NCBI GenBank assembly: GCA_021799275.1
Contig: JAJZAT010000008.1
Location: 11,972 to 75,971 of the forward strand
DNA: 64,000 bases
Direction of reading: 5' to 3'
From: Bacillota bacterium
GTDB taxonomy: Bacteria; Bacillota; Sulfobacillia; JAJZYS01; JAJYTV01
Both the position numbers and the translations under genes were made by a program. The notes under the pieces are model-generated. The model searched no databases, was not told where the DNA came from, and saw only the letters and a list, made by a program, of their open reading frames with translations. Of this stretch, positions 48,939-58,819 are shown one piece after another (the first letter of the stretch is position 1; every line of letters begins with the position of its first letter).

Positions 48939-49279
48939 CGCTCCGGGTCCAAGGCTGCCAGGACAGTCCTAGCGATGCGCGTCTCAAGCTGCCCTTTCGT
49001 CAGGACGGCATCGAGGCCGGCTCCCCTCGCCCAGGCGAAGGCATCGCGGTCGACATGCGCGCCAAAGGCGACCACGGGCATCCTGCCCCTGGCCCATGCT
49101 GCGACGCGCTCGCGTACCTCGGCACCAAGGCCGAGGTCCAGGACGAGCGCGGCTGGCCCATCGAGCGACGCGAGCGCGTCGGGTCCGACGCGACCCGACT
49201 CGAGACTCTCCCGCCCAAGCAAGGCCTGCACCTTGGCCGCCAGAAAGAGATCGCTGGTCACAATGGCAATAAAGTCCAT
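48935..49279 (-). CDS. stand-alone receiver (CheY-like REC) domain protein
   Basis: 114 aa. Beta-alpha pattern with an acidic pocket (IAIVTSD), a putative phospho-acceptor Asp in ALVLDLGL, and the conserved Lys in AVLTKG. Confidence 0.45.
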   Translation of the reverse strand: MDFIAIVTSDLFLAAKVQALLGRESLESGRVGPDALASLDGPAALVLDLGLGAEVRERVAAWARGRMPVVAFGAHVDRDAFAWARGAGLDAVLTKGQLETRIARTVLAALDPER

Positions 49280-49347
49280 GGCAGCACCTTACCACGCCCG
49301 GCGGGTGTACGCTACAACATGAGCCGTTCCGCTGGACCTCCCCAAAG

Positions 49348-49560
49348 CTATGCAAAGATAGATTTGGCGCCGACTTCCTGCTTCAACGGGGCCGGTTGCA
49401 CAGCAGCGGGATGCCTGCTGTCAGAGCCTTCCCCTCCACAGGCAGACGCCGTGGAACTCACGGCGTATTGGGCCAGATTGATGGCTGCGTTCAGGTCACG
49501 ATCGTGCATGGTTCGTGAGGATTCAAGCAAACTGCTTGAGCCCCCGCCGCTCAGAGCGGG
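49348..49560 (-). pseudogene. tnpB: relic 3-prime end of an IS200/IS605-family tnpB (RuvC-III region)
   Basis: The minus-strand frame reads …SRTMHDRDLNAAINLAQYAVSSTA…*, matching the hallmark (D/N)RDxNAAxNI motif at the C-terminus of TnpB/IS605 OrfB. The upstream part is gone, replaced by or overlapping the lepB 3-prime end. Local GC is lower than the window average. Confidence 0.5.
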
Positions 49561-50084
49561 CCGAACTGGCTGAAGGGCCAATACGCCCAGAACGCGACGC
49601 CCTTCACCTCCGACAGCGCGACCGGCCCGAACATCCGGCTGTCGTCGCTGTCGTCGCGGTGGTCGCCAAGCACGAAGATGTCCCCGGCCGGCACCTTGAC
49701 CGGGGCGATGGAGTCTTTGTCCTCCGTGCTCTCGCCGTGGTGGACCAGGTAGGGCTGCGGCATCTTCCTGCCGTCGACGTAGACCTGGCCGTCCACCATG
49801 GATACCGTCTGCCCCCCCGTGGCGATCACGCGCTTGATGTAGTCGCCCTGGTAGCCGGGGATCGGCGGCTGGAAAACCACGAGTTCGCCGTAGTGCAGAG
49901 GAACGTACCGGGGCGGGAGCTTCGCCACCAGCAGGCGTTCATCGTTCTGCACGGTGTTCTGCATCGAGACGCCGTCGATGATAAATGGCTGCAGGAAGTA
50001 CGCGCGCACCAGGATGGCGGCCGCCAGGGATACGCCGACCACCCGCAGGTTCTCGCGCAGGGATCTGCGCGCTGGCTGAAGCAT
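49551..50084 (-). CDS. lepB: signal peptidase I
   Basis: S26 motifs: catalytic Ser in GVSMQNT, Lys in YIKRVIATGGQ, and the GDHRDDSDDSR box. Confidence 0.8.
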   Translation of the reverse strand: MLQPARRSLRENLRVVGVSLAAAILVRAYFLQPFIIDGVSMQNTVQNDERLLVAKLPPRYVPLHYGELVVFQPPIPGYQGDYIKRVIATGGQTVSMVDGQVYVDGRKMPQPYLVHHGESTEDKDSIAPVKVPAGDIFVLGDHRDDSDDSRMFGPVALSEVKGVAFWAYWPFSQFGPL

Positions 50085-50243
50085 GTCGAACCCCACCTTG
50101 CCGCGCGGTCGCGACAGGTGCTTCGTCTTCCCCCGCAGGGCACACCGTTCCTGCCATCTGCGGCGGCTGCGGCGCAAGAGGGTCCGGCCGGCCCCGCTTG
50201 GGCCATACGGCCCGCGCCATGGGTACCGGCGAAGCGGCTCAGG

Positions 50244-51449
50244 TCAGCGGGCGCCCGCCAGGACGAGCGCGACGCCCTGTCCGACGCCGACGCAGAGCGT
50301 CGCCGCGGCGTACGCGACGGGCCGCTCGGCCAGCTCATGCAGGATCGTCGCCGCGAGCCGCGCGCCGGACATGCCCAAGGGGTGACCCATGGCGATGGCG
50401 CCGCCGTTCGGATTGACGATGCCGGGGTCGAGTCCCAGCTCGTCGATGCACGCGAGACTCTGGGCCGCGAACGCCTCGTTCAGCTCCACGAGGCCAAGGT
50501 CACCGATGCCGAGCCCGGCGCGGCGCAAAGCCTTGCGCAGGGCCGGCACGGGTCCCATGCCCATGTAGCGCGGGTCCACCCCGACTTCCGCCGCGGCCAC
50601 GACCCGGGCCAACGGTCTCAGTTCGTAGCGCCGGACCGCCTCGTCCGACGCCACGAGCAGCATGGCCGCACCGTCGTTGACGCCCGACGCGTTGCCGGCC
50701 GTGACCGTGCCGCCAGGCCGGACGATCGGCCTCAGGGCCGCGAGCGCCTCCATCGTGGTCTCCGGGCGCGGATGCTCGTCCACCGCAACCTGCTCGCGGT
50801 CCCCCCGCCGGCCCCGGACCTCCACCGGCACCACCTCGGGCTGAAACCGCCCGCGGCCCTGGGCCCGCTGCCAGCGCCGCTGGCTCTCGAGCGCGAAGGC
50901 GTCCTGCCGCTCGCGCGCAATGGCGTAGCGCTCGGCCACGTTCTCCGCGGTCTCGGCCATGGACTCGAGGGGAAACCTGCTCGCCAGGACAGGATTCGGG
51001 AAGCGCCAGCCGAGCGTCGTGTCGTAGAGCGTCTGGTCGCCGCGCGGGTACGGACTCTCCCGCTTGCCCACCACATAGGGGGCACGCGACATGGACTCGA
51101 CGCCGCCCGCGAGGAAGAGATCGCCCTCTCCGGCGCGGATCGCGCGCGCGGCGGCGATCACGGCCGAGAGCCCGCTCGCGCAGAGCCGGTTCAGGGTCAT
51201 GCCGGGGACACTGTCCGGCAGGCCCGCGAGCAGAAGCCCCATGCGCGCCACGTTGCGGTTGTCCTCGCCCGCCTGGTTCGTCGCCCCCACGAGCACGTCG
51301 TCGATCTCGCCGGTCGGAATCGCATCATGCCGGCCGAGGAGCTCCTTGATGACCAAGGCCAGGAGGTCGTCCGGTCGGACCGATGCGAGTTTGCCGGCAT
51401 AGCGGCCGATCGGGGTGCGGATGCCATCCACGAGAAAGGCGTCGGCCAC
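50244..51449 (-). CDS. acetyl-CoA C-acyltransferase (thiolase)
   Basis: GTG at 51449 follows [24 protein letters not shown]-terminus, active-site Cys in NRLCASGL, and C-terminal [10 protein letters not shown] and CVGVGQG motifs. Confidence 0.85.
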   Translation of the reverse strand: MADAFLVDGIRTPIGRYAGKLASVRPDDLLALVIKELLGRHDAIPTGEIDDVLVGATNQAGEDNRNVARMGLLLAGLPDSVPGMTLNRLCASGLSAVIAAARAIRAGEGDLFLAGGVESMSRAPYVVGKRESPYPRGDQTLYDTTLGWRFPNPVLASRFPLESMAETAENVAERYAIARERQDAFALESQRRWQRAQGRGRFQPEVVPVEVRGRRGDREQVAVDEHPRPETTMEALAALRPIVRPGGTVTAGNASGVNDGAAMLLVASDEAVRRYELRPLARVVAAAEVGVDPRYMGMGPVPALRKALRRAGLGIGDLGLVELNEAFAAQSLACIDELGLDPGIVNPNGGAIAMGHPLGMSGARLAATILHELAERPVAYAAATLCVGVGQGVALVLAGAR

Positions 51450-51711
51450 CGGGATCCCTCCTTCCGAAGCGGGCATCGAGCGCTGTCCCATGCAAACCGC
51501 AGGGCCGTGCGTCGGGTCGGACCAGACCTCCCGCTGCGGAGCGGGCGCGCTCATCTGCCATATGGAATCGATTCTACCGTGCCGGGATCTTGTCCGGGCT
51601 GTCAAGGAGCAGGAGAGACCGAGGTGCCCGCCGTACGGGACAGTTGTCCGACCAGGTGCCGGGTGGCGACCCGGCGGGCTCCGAGCCTGGCGGCGAAAGG
51701 ACGGACAGCCG

Positions 51712-53283
51712 ATGCCAACCGATCACTTCCACGACCGGGTACGGGACCTGACCGTGCTACTCGCCCAGACACCGTCGGTGAACGGCACCGACGGCGAGGG
51801 ACAGATCCTCGAGGAAACGTATGGACTCCTGGCGCAGCATCCTCTGGCCGGCAAGCGTCTGCGCCTCTTCCGGGGCGAGGACCCGAGCGGCCGGCCGGCG
51901 TTCGTGCTCGCGCACCTGGTTGGCACAGGTCCGCGGGCGGTCCTGCAGTTCGGCCATATCGACACCGTCGGCATCGACGACTACGGCCCTCTGCGTCATC
52001 TGGCCTTCCGGCCGCTCGAGCTCACCCAGCACATCGGCGACGGACTGCTCGGAGCGGATCTTGCCCACCTCGCCCAAAGCGGGGAATGGCTCTTCGGGCG
52101 CGGCGTGCTCGACATGAAGGCCGGCGTGGCCGCCACCCTCGGGGTGCTCGAGCACTTCGCGCAGGAGCCCGCCGCGGGTCATCTCCTCGTCGCGCTGACC
52201 GCGGACGAAGAGGCGGGCTCTGCGGGGATCCGCGCCCTGACGCGCTTTCTCGCCCCTTACCTCGAGCAGGAGGGTCTCCATCTCGCGGGCATCGTCAACA
52301 CCGACGCCACCGGACCACGGCCCGGTCTCGCGGGTCCCCAGGACCGCCTCGCCTACTCCGGCAGCATCGGCAAGCTCCTGACCTGCGCCTATGTGCGCGG
52401 CGTTCCGAGCCACGTGGGCGAGCCCGAGACGGGCCTCGATCCGGATTACGTGCTCGCCGAGATCACCCGCCGCGCCGTGTACGCCGAGGGGCTGCGCGAC
52501 GGCGAGGGACCGGAGCGCGCGGCCTTGCCCGTATCGCTGCAGGCTCGCGACGACAAGGCTTCCTACGACGTGCAGACGCCGCTCTCTGCCGTCGGCTGCT
52601 ACAACGTCCTCTACGTGGAGCGCAGCCCGGGCGACATCCTGGGGGCCTTCAGGGCGATCGCCGAGGAGGCGGCCACCGCGGTCCGCGAGCGGCTCGAGGA
52701 TGCGTTCGGCCAAGGGCCAGACCTCAAGGTGTACACGTTCGAAGAGCTTGTGCGATTGGCCAGGCAGCAGGGCATCTGGGACGAGCTCGCCGAAAGGCTG
52801 GCCCAAAACCTCTCCACCACATCCGGCCCCGCATGGCGCTCCCATGCGGTGCACGAGCTCGCGGGCGCCGTGCTCGGACGAGAGCCCGCCATCGTCGTCT
52901 TCTTCGGTCACGGTCTGATTCCCAAGGTGTCCACCGGCGACGCGGGACGGCGCATCCTCGCGAGAACCCTTTCGAGCCACAGCCAGCAGTCGGGGAACCG
53001 CTACCACCAGCGACGCTTTTTCCCGCTGATCAGCGACCTCAGTTTCGTCGCCGCCTCGGAAGACTGGCAGGACGCCTCGTTCTGGGCGAACGACCCCGTC
53101 GCGGCGCTGACCGGCAGGGGGTACCCCCCTGCGCTCGTCGCCGACGCCGTCTTCATGATCGGTCCCCACGGCGAGGGGGCGCACCGGGTGGACGAGCGGC
53201 TGCACATGCCGTACAGCTTCGAGCACGTGCCGCAACTCCTCGTCCGCCTGACGAACGACCTCTGGACGCCACCCGCAGTCTGA
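51712..53283 (+). CDS. M20-family metallopeptidase (ArgE/DapE/ACY1-like)
   Basis: ATG at 51712. HIDTVG (His), [10 protein letters not shown] (Asp) and TADEEAGS (Glu-Glu) metal-binding and catalytic motifs. Confidence 0.7.
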   Translation: MPTDHFHDRVRDLTVLLAQTPSVNGTDGEGQILEETYGLLAQHPLAGKRLRLFRGEDPSGRPAFVLAHLVGTGPRAVLQFGHIDTVGIDDYGPLRHLAFRPLELTQHIGDGLLGADLAHLAQSGEWLFGRGVLDMKAGVAATLGVLEHFAQEPAAGHLLVALTADEEAGSAGIRALTRFLAPYLEQEGLHLAGIVNTDATGPRPGLAGPQDRLAYSGSIGKLLTCAYVRGVPSHVGEPETGLDPDYVLAEITRRAVYAEGLRDGEGPERAALPVSLQARDDKASYDVQTPLSAVGCYNVLYVERSPGDILGAFRAIAEEAATAVRERLEDAFGQGPDLKVYTFEELVRLARQQGIWDELAERLAQNLSTTSGPAWRSHAVHELAGAVLGREPAIVVFFGHGLIPKVSTGDAGRRILARTLSSHSQQSGNRYHQRRFFPLISDLSFVAASEDWQDASFWANDPVAALTGRGYPPALVADAVFMIGPHGEGAHRVDERLHMPYSFEHVPQLLVRLTNDLWTPPAV

Positions 53284-53302
53284 CCCAGCGAGGAGGAATG
53301 GC

Positions 53303-54382
53303 GTGACATCCCCGAGGAGCCTCGGTCCGACGCCTTGGCAACTCCGGCCCGGCAGCCTGAACACGATCTGCGACGTGCCAGGCGTGCTGGTCGGCCACAG
53401 CACGATCCGCGAGGACGCCCCCGTCGTCGCCCGCACCGGCGTGACGGTCATCCTGCCGCCCGCCGACCTGCCACTCGAGCGTCTGCCTGCGGCCGGCGTC
53501 GTCTTCAACGGCACGGGCGAGATGACCGGCCTCCACCAGGTGAACGAGTGGGGCCAGCTCGAGACGCCGATCGCGCTCACGGGCACCGCCGCGCTGCCGC
53601 TCGTCCTGCAGGGCCTGGCCGAGCACATGTTCGAGCGCTGCGCGGCGCTCGGACGCACCATGGCGCCGTGCCTGCCCATCGTTGCCGAGTGCAACGACAT
53701 GTGGCTCTCCGACGCTCGCCAAAGCCCCGTCCGCCCCCATCACGTGCGGGAGGCGATCGTCGCGGCGCGTGGCGACCAGACGGAATGGGGCTCGGTCGGG
53801 GCCGGGACCGGCATGGTCTCGTTCGGCTTTCGCGGCGGCATCGGCAGCGCCTCGCGCCGCATCGTCATCGGCGACGAGACGTTCCACCTGGGGACCGTCT
53901 GCCTTGTCAACTTCGGCCAGAGCGGCGATCTCATCGTCCTCGGCCGGCCGATGGGCCACCTGCCCGGGGAGGTGGTGCGCCGCCCGCAGGCGCCACCTCC
54001 GCCCGACGGCTCCCTGATCGCGGTGCTCGCCACCGACGCGCCGCTCGACCACCTGCAGCTGCGCCGCGTCGCCGCGCGGGCATCGCTCGGCATGGCACGC
54101 GTCGGCAGCTACGGCAGGCACGGCAGCGGCGACATCTTCATCGCCTTCTCCACCGTCGGCCAGCGGGACGAGCCCGACCGGCCCTTCACCTTGCGGCGCT
54201 CGCTGCGCGCGGACCTCCTTGCGGACTTCTTCCGCGTCGCCGTCGAGACGACGGAGGAAGGCATCCTGCACGCGCTCTTCACCGCAAGTGACGAGACCGG
54301 CTTCCTCGGACGGCATGTAGACGCCGTGCCCGAGGCAGAGGTGCGGACCCGACTGGGTGGGCAGGCGAGCGGCAGCTTCTAG
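53303..54382 (+). CDS. P1/S58 family peptidase (DmpA/OAT-like L-aminopeptidase D-Ala-esterase/amidase)
   Basis: 359 aa. The DmpA/ArgJ-like fold and a Gly-Ser autoprocessing-type segment (GGIGSAS). The start lies 20 nt after the M20 stop. Confidence 0.65.
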   Translation: MTSPRSLGPTPWQLRPGSLNTICDVPGVLVGHSTIREDAPVVARTGVTVILPPADLPLERLPAAGVVFNGTGEMTGLHQVNEWGQLETPIALTGTAALPLVLQGLAEHMFERCAALGRTMAPCLPIVAECNDMWLSDARQSPVRPHHVREAIVAARGDQTEWGSVGAGTGMVSFGFRGGIGSASRRIVIGDETFHLGTVCLVNFGQSGDLIVLGRPMGHLPGEVVRRPQAPPPPDGSLIAVLATDAPLDHLQLRRVAARASLGMARVGSYGRHGSGDIFIAFSTVGQRDEPDRPFTLRRSLRADLLADFFRVAVETTEEGILHALFTASDETGFLGRHVDAVPEAEVRTRLGGQASGSF

Positions 54383-55515
54383 TCCAGGGTGAATCCTGGC
54401 CTGATCTCGAACGGCTCCCCGCCGAAGCGGTCCGGCCGCAGATGCGGCGCCTCGGCGAGGCCGAGCGCCACCTTCGCCGCCAGCTCACCGATCGCCGGGC
54501 CGCGCATTACACCGATGCCCTGGTCGCCGCAGGCGACATAGAGACCGTCCGCAAGGCGTCCGACGAGCGGGCGGCGATCCGGCGTCGCCCCGACGAGTCC
54601 GGCCCAGCTCGAGCGCAGGCCGGCCCGCTCGCCGAGGCTCGACACCATGAGCAGACGCTCGGCGATCTCCTCCTCGAACTGGTCGTCGCCGGACGTCTGG
54701 TAGTCATCAGGGTCGAATTCGGAAAGGCGGGTGCCGTCTCCCGCAAGCACGTCCCTCTCACCGTCCGGCACCATGTAGACGTCGGTCGAGAGGTGCCAGA
54801 CCATCGGCAGCCGGTGCGGCTCGGAAAGTTCCAGCGAGGACAGCTGCACGCGGTATGGGAGAAGGGCGAGATCGAGACCGGCGGTGCGCACCAGCTTGCG
54901 CGTCCAGGTGCCCGCCGCGATCAGGACGCGGTGCCCCTCGTACGTCTCGTCGCCCGCGAGGACAGACACCTTGCCGCCCTCGACCCTTATGGCGTCGGCG
55001 TGGCTCTCGGTCCTGAGCGTCAGGCCGAGGTCTCGCGCCGAGGCGGTCGCCTGCTGGGCGTAGGCGGTCGGGTTGAGGTGCCAGTCGTTCGGCGTCCAGA
55101 GCGCGACCGTATCCTCCCGCAGGCGATCGAGCCGCGGGAAGCGGCGCACGATCTCCGGACGGTCGAGAAGCTCGTGCGGGACGCCCCGCTCGCGCAGGTC
55201 CTTGATCCGGCCGTACAGGGAAGCCACGTGCTCGCCCTCGGCGAGGGTCAACATGCCGACCTTGCGCGCGACCGAGACGTCGCCACTCTGCTCCCGCGCC
55301 TCGCCGTACAGCTCGCGGCTGCGGGAGACGAAGGCCTGGTCCTCGAGGTGCCAGAGGAGATCGGTCAGGATGCCGCCAGACTTCGCGGAACTTTCCTGCG
55401 CGAGCCCGATGTTGGACTCCAGCAGGAGCATGGAATGCACACCGGCCCGCGCGGCCGCCTGCGCCGCAGCGCTTCCCCACACGCCTCCACCCACGATGAC
55501 CAGGTCGTACGTCAC
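54379..55515 (-). CDS. FAD-dependent oxidoreductase (DAO family; D-amino-acid/glycine oxidase-like)
   Basis: GTG at 55515 follows AATGGAGGGG. Dinucleotide fold DLVIVGGGVWGSAAA. About 379 aa. The 127-codon N-terminal extension in the ORF table was rejected. Confidence 0.75.
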   Translation of the reverse strand: MTYDLVIVGGGVWGSAAAQAAARAGVHSMLLLESNIGLAQESSAKSGGILTDLLWHLEDQAFVSRSRELYGEAREQSGDVSVARKVGMLTLAEGEHVASLYGRIKDLRERGVPHELLDRPEIVRRFPRLDRLREDTVALWTPNDWHLNPTAYAQQATASARDLGLTLRTESHADAIRVEGGKVSVLAGDETYEGHRVLIAAGTWTRKLVRTAGLDLALLPYRVQLSSLELSEPHRLPMVWHLSTDVYMVPDGERDVLAGDGTRLSEFDPDDYQTSGDDQFEEEIAERLLMVSSLGERAGLRSSWAGLVGATPDRRPLVGRLADGLYVACGDQGIGVMRGPAIGELAAKVALGLAEAPHLRPDRFGGEPFEIRPGFTLD

Positions 55516-55968
55516 GAGAGCCCCTCCATTCGGCTGCCGCCAAGGTGCGGCCCAAGGGGCTTCGCAGGCAGCATGGCCGCTTCCTTCCTCCCGCGCCATG
55601 GAGGAGCGCTTTCGTCGCGACGCGAAGACGTGCGCGCAGGGCAGCGGCATAAGCGCCCGGGCAACGGCGTATCCTGGGGCGCGATCCAACGGCCCCGGGG
55701 CACCTGGGCTGGGACGAGCCCACGGAGGCCCCTCCAATGTGCTCAACCGGCACGACAGCCGTTCCGCGGCGGATCCGCGCGAAGATACTAGCAGGTCTTT
55801 CCCCCGGGACCTCGGCGGCGGCCTGGCCGTCGCCACGGCGGGGATGGCCGCGACGCCCTGTCGCCGCCCACCGCAAGGTCGCGTCCGCCGCCGCACGGCG
55901 GCTTGCCAAAGGCGTTCATCCGGCCCTCACAGCTCTGCGTCACCGTTCACCGCGGAAGGGATGATCGC

Positions 55969-58746
55969 TTGCGCCCCAGGTTGCTCGTGACCGCATTGGT
56001 TCTGCTTGGCCTCCTGTCGCTCGTCTGGCCGCAGACGACGCGTGACGGCAGCCGCGAGGTGCAGACACCGAGACCACGGCGGCCCGTCGCCACAGAGGCT
56101 GCGCCGCAGCCGCGCACAGCCCTGCAAGCGGCATGGCAGGCGGCGATCGCCAGCAGGTCGGTGACGCGCAGCGCGCACATCTCCGCCTATGCCTACGACC
56201 TCACAAGCCACCAGGTGCTCGCCGCGATCAACCCGCAAAACCGCCAGATTCCCGCCTCCGTCATGAAGATGTTCACCACCGCCGCAGCTCTGCAGGAGCT
56301 CGGTCCGGGCTTCACCTACGAGACGCGCGTGGAGGCCTCCCCCCTGGCCGTGGCCGGACAGGGCGGCCCGCTCTATCTGGTCGGGGGCGGCAACGCCTGG
56401 CTGGAGGCTCAGGGCAACCAAGGGCTCGAGCAGCTCGCGGCGCAGGTGGCCAAGAAGGTGCGCCACGCGACGCGGGTGATCGGCGTCGGCACGCTGTTCC
56501 CCGGGCCTGGAGCCGGCCCCGGCTGGTCGGCGGGCGAACTCGCGGCCGACTACGGCACCGGCGCGCAGGCGCTCGAGGCGGAACTCTCCTCCGTGGAGGT
56601 CTACGTGCAGGCGGGCGCCCGCCCTGGTCAGCCTGTCACGGCGTCGCTGCACTTCACCGGCCGGATCGCCTTGCCCGGCTACTTCACGCTTCACGTCACG
56701 GCCCGCACCGTCGCGGGCGCGAGCCCGGCGCCGAACGTGACAAGACTCATGGGCAGCGAGACGATCGTCGTCTCCGGCACGATGCGGGCGGGTACCAGCC
56801 TTGCGGTCAACATCTCGCCCGCGGACCCCGCGCACTTCGCCGCGGCCCTGTTCCAGGCGGCCCTCCAGCAGCAGGGCGTCCGCTTCACGGCTCCCGCGAC
56901 GTCCGGCAGCCTGCCGGGAGGCCAGAACCTTATCGCCTCGCTCCTGTCGCCGCCCTTGCGTCTCCTCCTTCCGCTGCAGAACCGCTATTCGATCAACCAG
57001 ATGGCCGACAACCTCTTTCGCGCCGTCGGTCTCAAGATGGAGGGCAGCGGCTCCGCCGCCGCCGCGCAACAGGCGATGGACGCCTTCCTCGCGCAGGCAG
57101 GCCTTGGCGGCCTGCCGCAGCAGTACGACGGTTCCGGTCTCTCGCCCCTCGACCTCGAGAGCGCCCAGGACGTCGTTTCGCTGCTGAGCTATGCGGCCTC
57201 GCGGCCCTGGTTCTCCTATTTCCGCAGTTCCATGATGGAGGCCGGCAACCCGACCCCAGAGATCTGCGGCATCCTCTGCGGCCATTTCGTCGGCACCCCG
57301 GCACAGGACAAGGTCTGGCTGAAGACGGGCAACCTCGACAACCAATGGAACTACGCCGGCTACGCCACCGCGAGAAACGGCGACCTGATCGCCTTCGCCG
57401 TTCTCGAGGAGGGCCCGGGCGCCGCCTCCCTGGCGAGCTCCTACGGCCGGCCGAGCGCCATCGACCAGATGGTGATCGACCTGGCGACCTGGCCCGCCGA
57501 GCCGGCCGGGACCGCGGCCGCCCAGCCGCCCGCGACCTCGCCGCCGGCCTTCGTGCAGAAGGCGCTGCAAGGTCTGCCCGCTGAGGCCGGTGCTGTCGAG
57601 GGCGTCGCGGTGCTCGATCTCAAGACGGGACGCATGGTCTACAGCTCGGGCGCGTATCAGCTCGTCCGGACGAACTGGCTGCCCCGCCTCGGGCTGCTCG
57701 CGGCCGCCCTGCAGGGCGGATCGCGCGGCTTCGCGGCCCCGACGGTATCCGCCCAGACCACGCCGCATGGCGGCATTCTCACGGGCCCGCTCGTGCTGCA
57801 GGGCGCCATGGATCCGGCCCTCAGCGCGCAGAACCTCGCCACTCTGGCCGCCGAGGTGCAGGCGAAAGGCATCCGGGAGGTCACGGGACCGCTGCTATAC
57901 CTCACGGTCGGGCCTTCGTCCGGCAACCCTTCCCGGTGGCCGGAGGGCACCACCTGGGAGGAGATCGGCCAGAGCTACCAGCCACCCGCCGGCCGGCTGC
58001 TCGCAGGCGCTGACCTCGTGCGGATCGAGGCCAGCAGCGTGGGCAACGCGATCAAGGTCAGCCTGGAACCGCAGGATGCCCCGATCCGTGTGACCGTCCA
58101 GGCGTCGGTCGGCCAGGGCGGCCAGCTGACGGCCGCGTGGTCGCCGAACCGGAACGCCGTCGTGCTCGCCGGCAGCCTCGCGCCGGGCGCGACGCAGACT
58201 CTCGAAGTGACCGCGCCGGACGCGGGCCTCCTCGCCGCGACCGAGTTCAGGGACGCGCTGTCCGCGGTGGGCGTGAATGTGGTGGGCGGTATCCGCCCGA
58301 CCGACAGCCCCGGCGCCGCCCGGCCCATCGCCTCGCTCCCCGCGCCCGCTCTCGCGTCGCTCGCGAGCCCTCTCCTGACGAGCTCGTCGACGCTCGACGC
58401 GGCGCAGCTCGACCTGCTGCTCGGCGGCAACGCCAGCGGAGCCATACGCCAGGTTCTCGGGGCGCCGGACATGATCCCCGACCCCACCGGCAGTTCCTTC
58501 GACGACTACATGACGCCCGCGAGCGCCGTGGAGCTGCTCCGCGGCATCTGGCACAGCCCGCGCGACCTCTCCCTGCGCACGGCGCTCGGCACAGGCGGCC
58601 TCTGGCAGGTGTCGGCGCCCGGCACGGCGCTCGAGAGCGGCTACATCAAGGGACCGGGCGGGGCGGTCTACGCGGTCGCGGCGCTCGAGAGCGGCCTCCT
58701 CTGGCAGGGCGGCTTCGGCGAGGCGATCAACCCGCCGACCCCTTGA
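55969..58746 (+). CDS. dacB: D-alanyl-D-alanine carboxypeptidase/endopeptidase (PBP4/DacB, peptidase S13) with a tandem degenerate second PBP4-like domain
   Basis: TTG at 55969 follows GGAAGGG, then a signal peptide. Domain 1 has SxxK (IPASVMKMF), SxN (YSINQMADN) and KTG (VWLKTGN). Domain 2 (~aa 560-925) repeats the PBP4 N-terminal pattern (VAVLDLKTGRMVY…LLAAALQ) but reads RTNWLPRL in place of PASxxK, and KGP in place of KTG. Confidence 0.7.
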   Translation: MRPRLLVTALVLLGLLSLVWPQTTRDGSREVQTPRPRRPVATEAAPQPRTALQAAWQAAIASRSVTRSAHISAYAYDLTSHQVLAAINPQNRQIPASVMKMFTTAAALQELGPGFTYETRVEASPLAVAGQGGPLYLVGGGNAWLEAQGNQGLEQLAAQVAKKVRHATRVIGVGTLFPGPGAGPGWSAGELAADYGTGAQALEAELSSVEVYVQAGARPGQPVTASLHFTGRIALPGYFTLHVTARTVAGASPAPNVTRLMGSETIVVSGTMRAGTSLAVNISPADPAHFAAALFQAALQQQGVRFTAPATSGSLPGGQNLIASLLSPPLRLLLPLQNRYSINQMADNLFRAVGLKMEGSGSAAAAQQAMDAFLAQAGLGGLPQQYDGSGLSPLDLESAQDVVSLLSYAASRPWFSYFRSSMMEAGNPTPEICGILCGHFVGTPAQDKVWLKTGNLDNQWNYAGYATARNGDLIAFAVLEEGPGAASLASSYGRPSAIDQMVIDLATWPAEPAGTAAAQPPATSPPAFVQKALQGLPAEAGAVEGVAVLDLKTGRMVYSSGAYQLVRTNWLPRLGLLAAALQGGSRGFAAPTVSAQTTPHGGILTGPLVLQGAMDPALSAQNLATLAAEVQAKGIREVTGPLLYLTVGPSSGNPSRWPEGTTWEEIGQSYQPPAGRLLAGADLVRIEASSVGNAIKVSLEPQDAPIRVTVQASVGQGGQLTAAWSPNRNAVVLAGSLAPGATQTLEVTAPDAGLLAATEFRDALSAVGVNVVGGIRPTDSPGAARPIASLPAPALASLASPLLTSSSTLDAAQLDLLLGGNASGAIRQVLGAPDMIPDPTGSSFDDYMTPASAVELLRGIWHSPRDLSLRTALGTGGLWQVSAPGTALESGYIKGPGGAVYAVAALESGLLWQGGFGEAINPPTP

Positions 58747-58819
58747 CCCAACCGGCGTAACGCGGCGACCCAAAACGGCCCGCTCGGGCACCATACTCCC
58801 GAAATCGGGAGGTGGTGGC

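Noticed and set aside
49515-53306. 1263-aa ORF on the + strand spanning lepB, the thiolase and the M20 region
   Set aside because: It overlaps three well-supported genes in other frames and strands. Its composition is Arg/Gly/Pro-rich and it has no recognisable domains.
55927-57768. 613-aa minus-strand ORF
   Set aside because: Antisense to the PBP4 gene; artefact of GC-rich coding DNA.
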